A stretch of 59,152 nucleotides of DNA, the filler included, from Sphacelaria rigidula (taxonomy: Eukaryota): NCBI GenBank assembly GCA_964200075.2. It is 9 parts of 9 records of this genome, joined end to end, with 100 filler letters (N's around TTAATTAATTAA, not from the genome) between each part and the next. Parts side by side here need not be neighbours in the genome. Positions count along the whole stretch, not along the records: positions 52,670 to 59,152 come from CAXNAA020019811.1; 8 more parts are not named here. One strand, written 5' to 3'. Within the stretch, counting starts at the first letter, position 1; each line of letters opens with the position of its first letter. The notes beneath the pieces are model-generated. The model had not been told where the DNA came from, did no database searches, and worked only from the letters and a program-made list of their open reading frames with translations. Below, in pieces: positions 59,125 through 59,152 of this stretch. Position numbers and translations under genes: made by a program.

Positions 59125-59152
59125 CCCCCGCCCCCACCCCCCCCCCTAGCCG

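Noticed and set aside
58943..59137. Gly-rich ORF or Tc1 transposase tail at window end
   Set aside because: The Gly run comes from the terminal C homopolymer, and the remaining similarity (AWEEL) is insufficient.

Overview
This is eukaryotic, intron-rich, transposon-dense DNA. Its style and element families suggest a brown alga (Phaeophyceae) or a related stramenopile; this is inference, as no search was run. It is not one locus. It is nine unrelated contigs of 6484 or 6483 bp joined by artificial 100-bp spacers (44 N + TTAATTAATTAA + 44 N), so adjacency across spacers means nothing. Host genes reconstructed by hand from splice sites are a 9-exon fragment of an RCC1-repeat protein carrying an F-type-lectin-like domain (297-6384), a multi-exon non-RD Ser/Thr kinase (about 53717-58088), and two exons of a possible carrier-like membrane protein (43710-44170). 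Most of the remaining identifiable sequence is mobile DNA. It includes two RT-less LTR elements, a Ty3/gypsy pol ending in chromo-like plus Tudor-like domains, a hAT transposase relic, an Academ-like XPG nuclease/CXC relic, a repeat-plus-OTU relic, tRNA-derived SINEs and many MITEs. The most striking pattern is a LINE family, with 7 copies in 5 contigs, whose 3' end runs into a poly(C) tract just after the ORF2 stop instead of poly(A). Two copies have C-tracts on both sides. All domain calls are motif recognition by eye.
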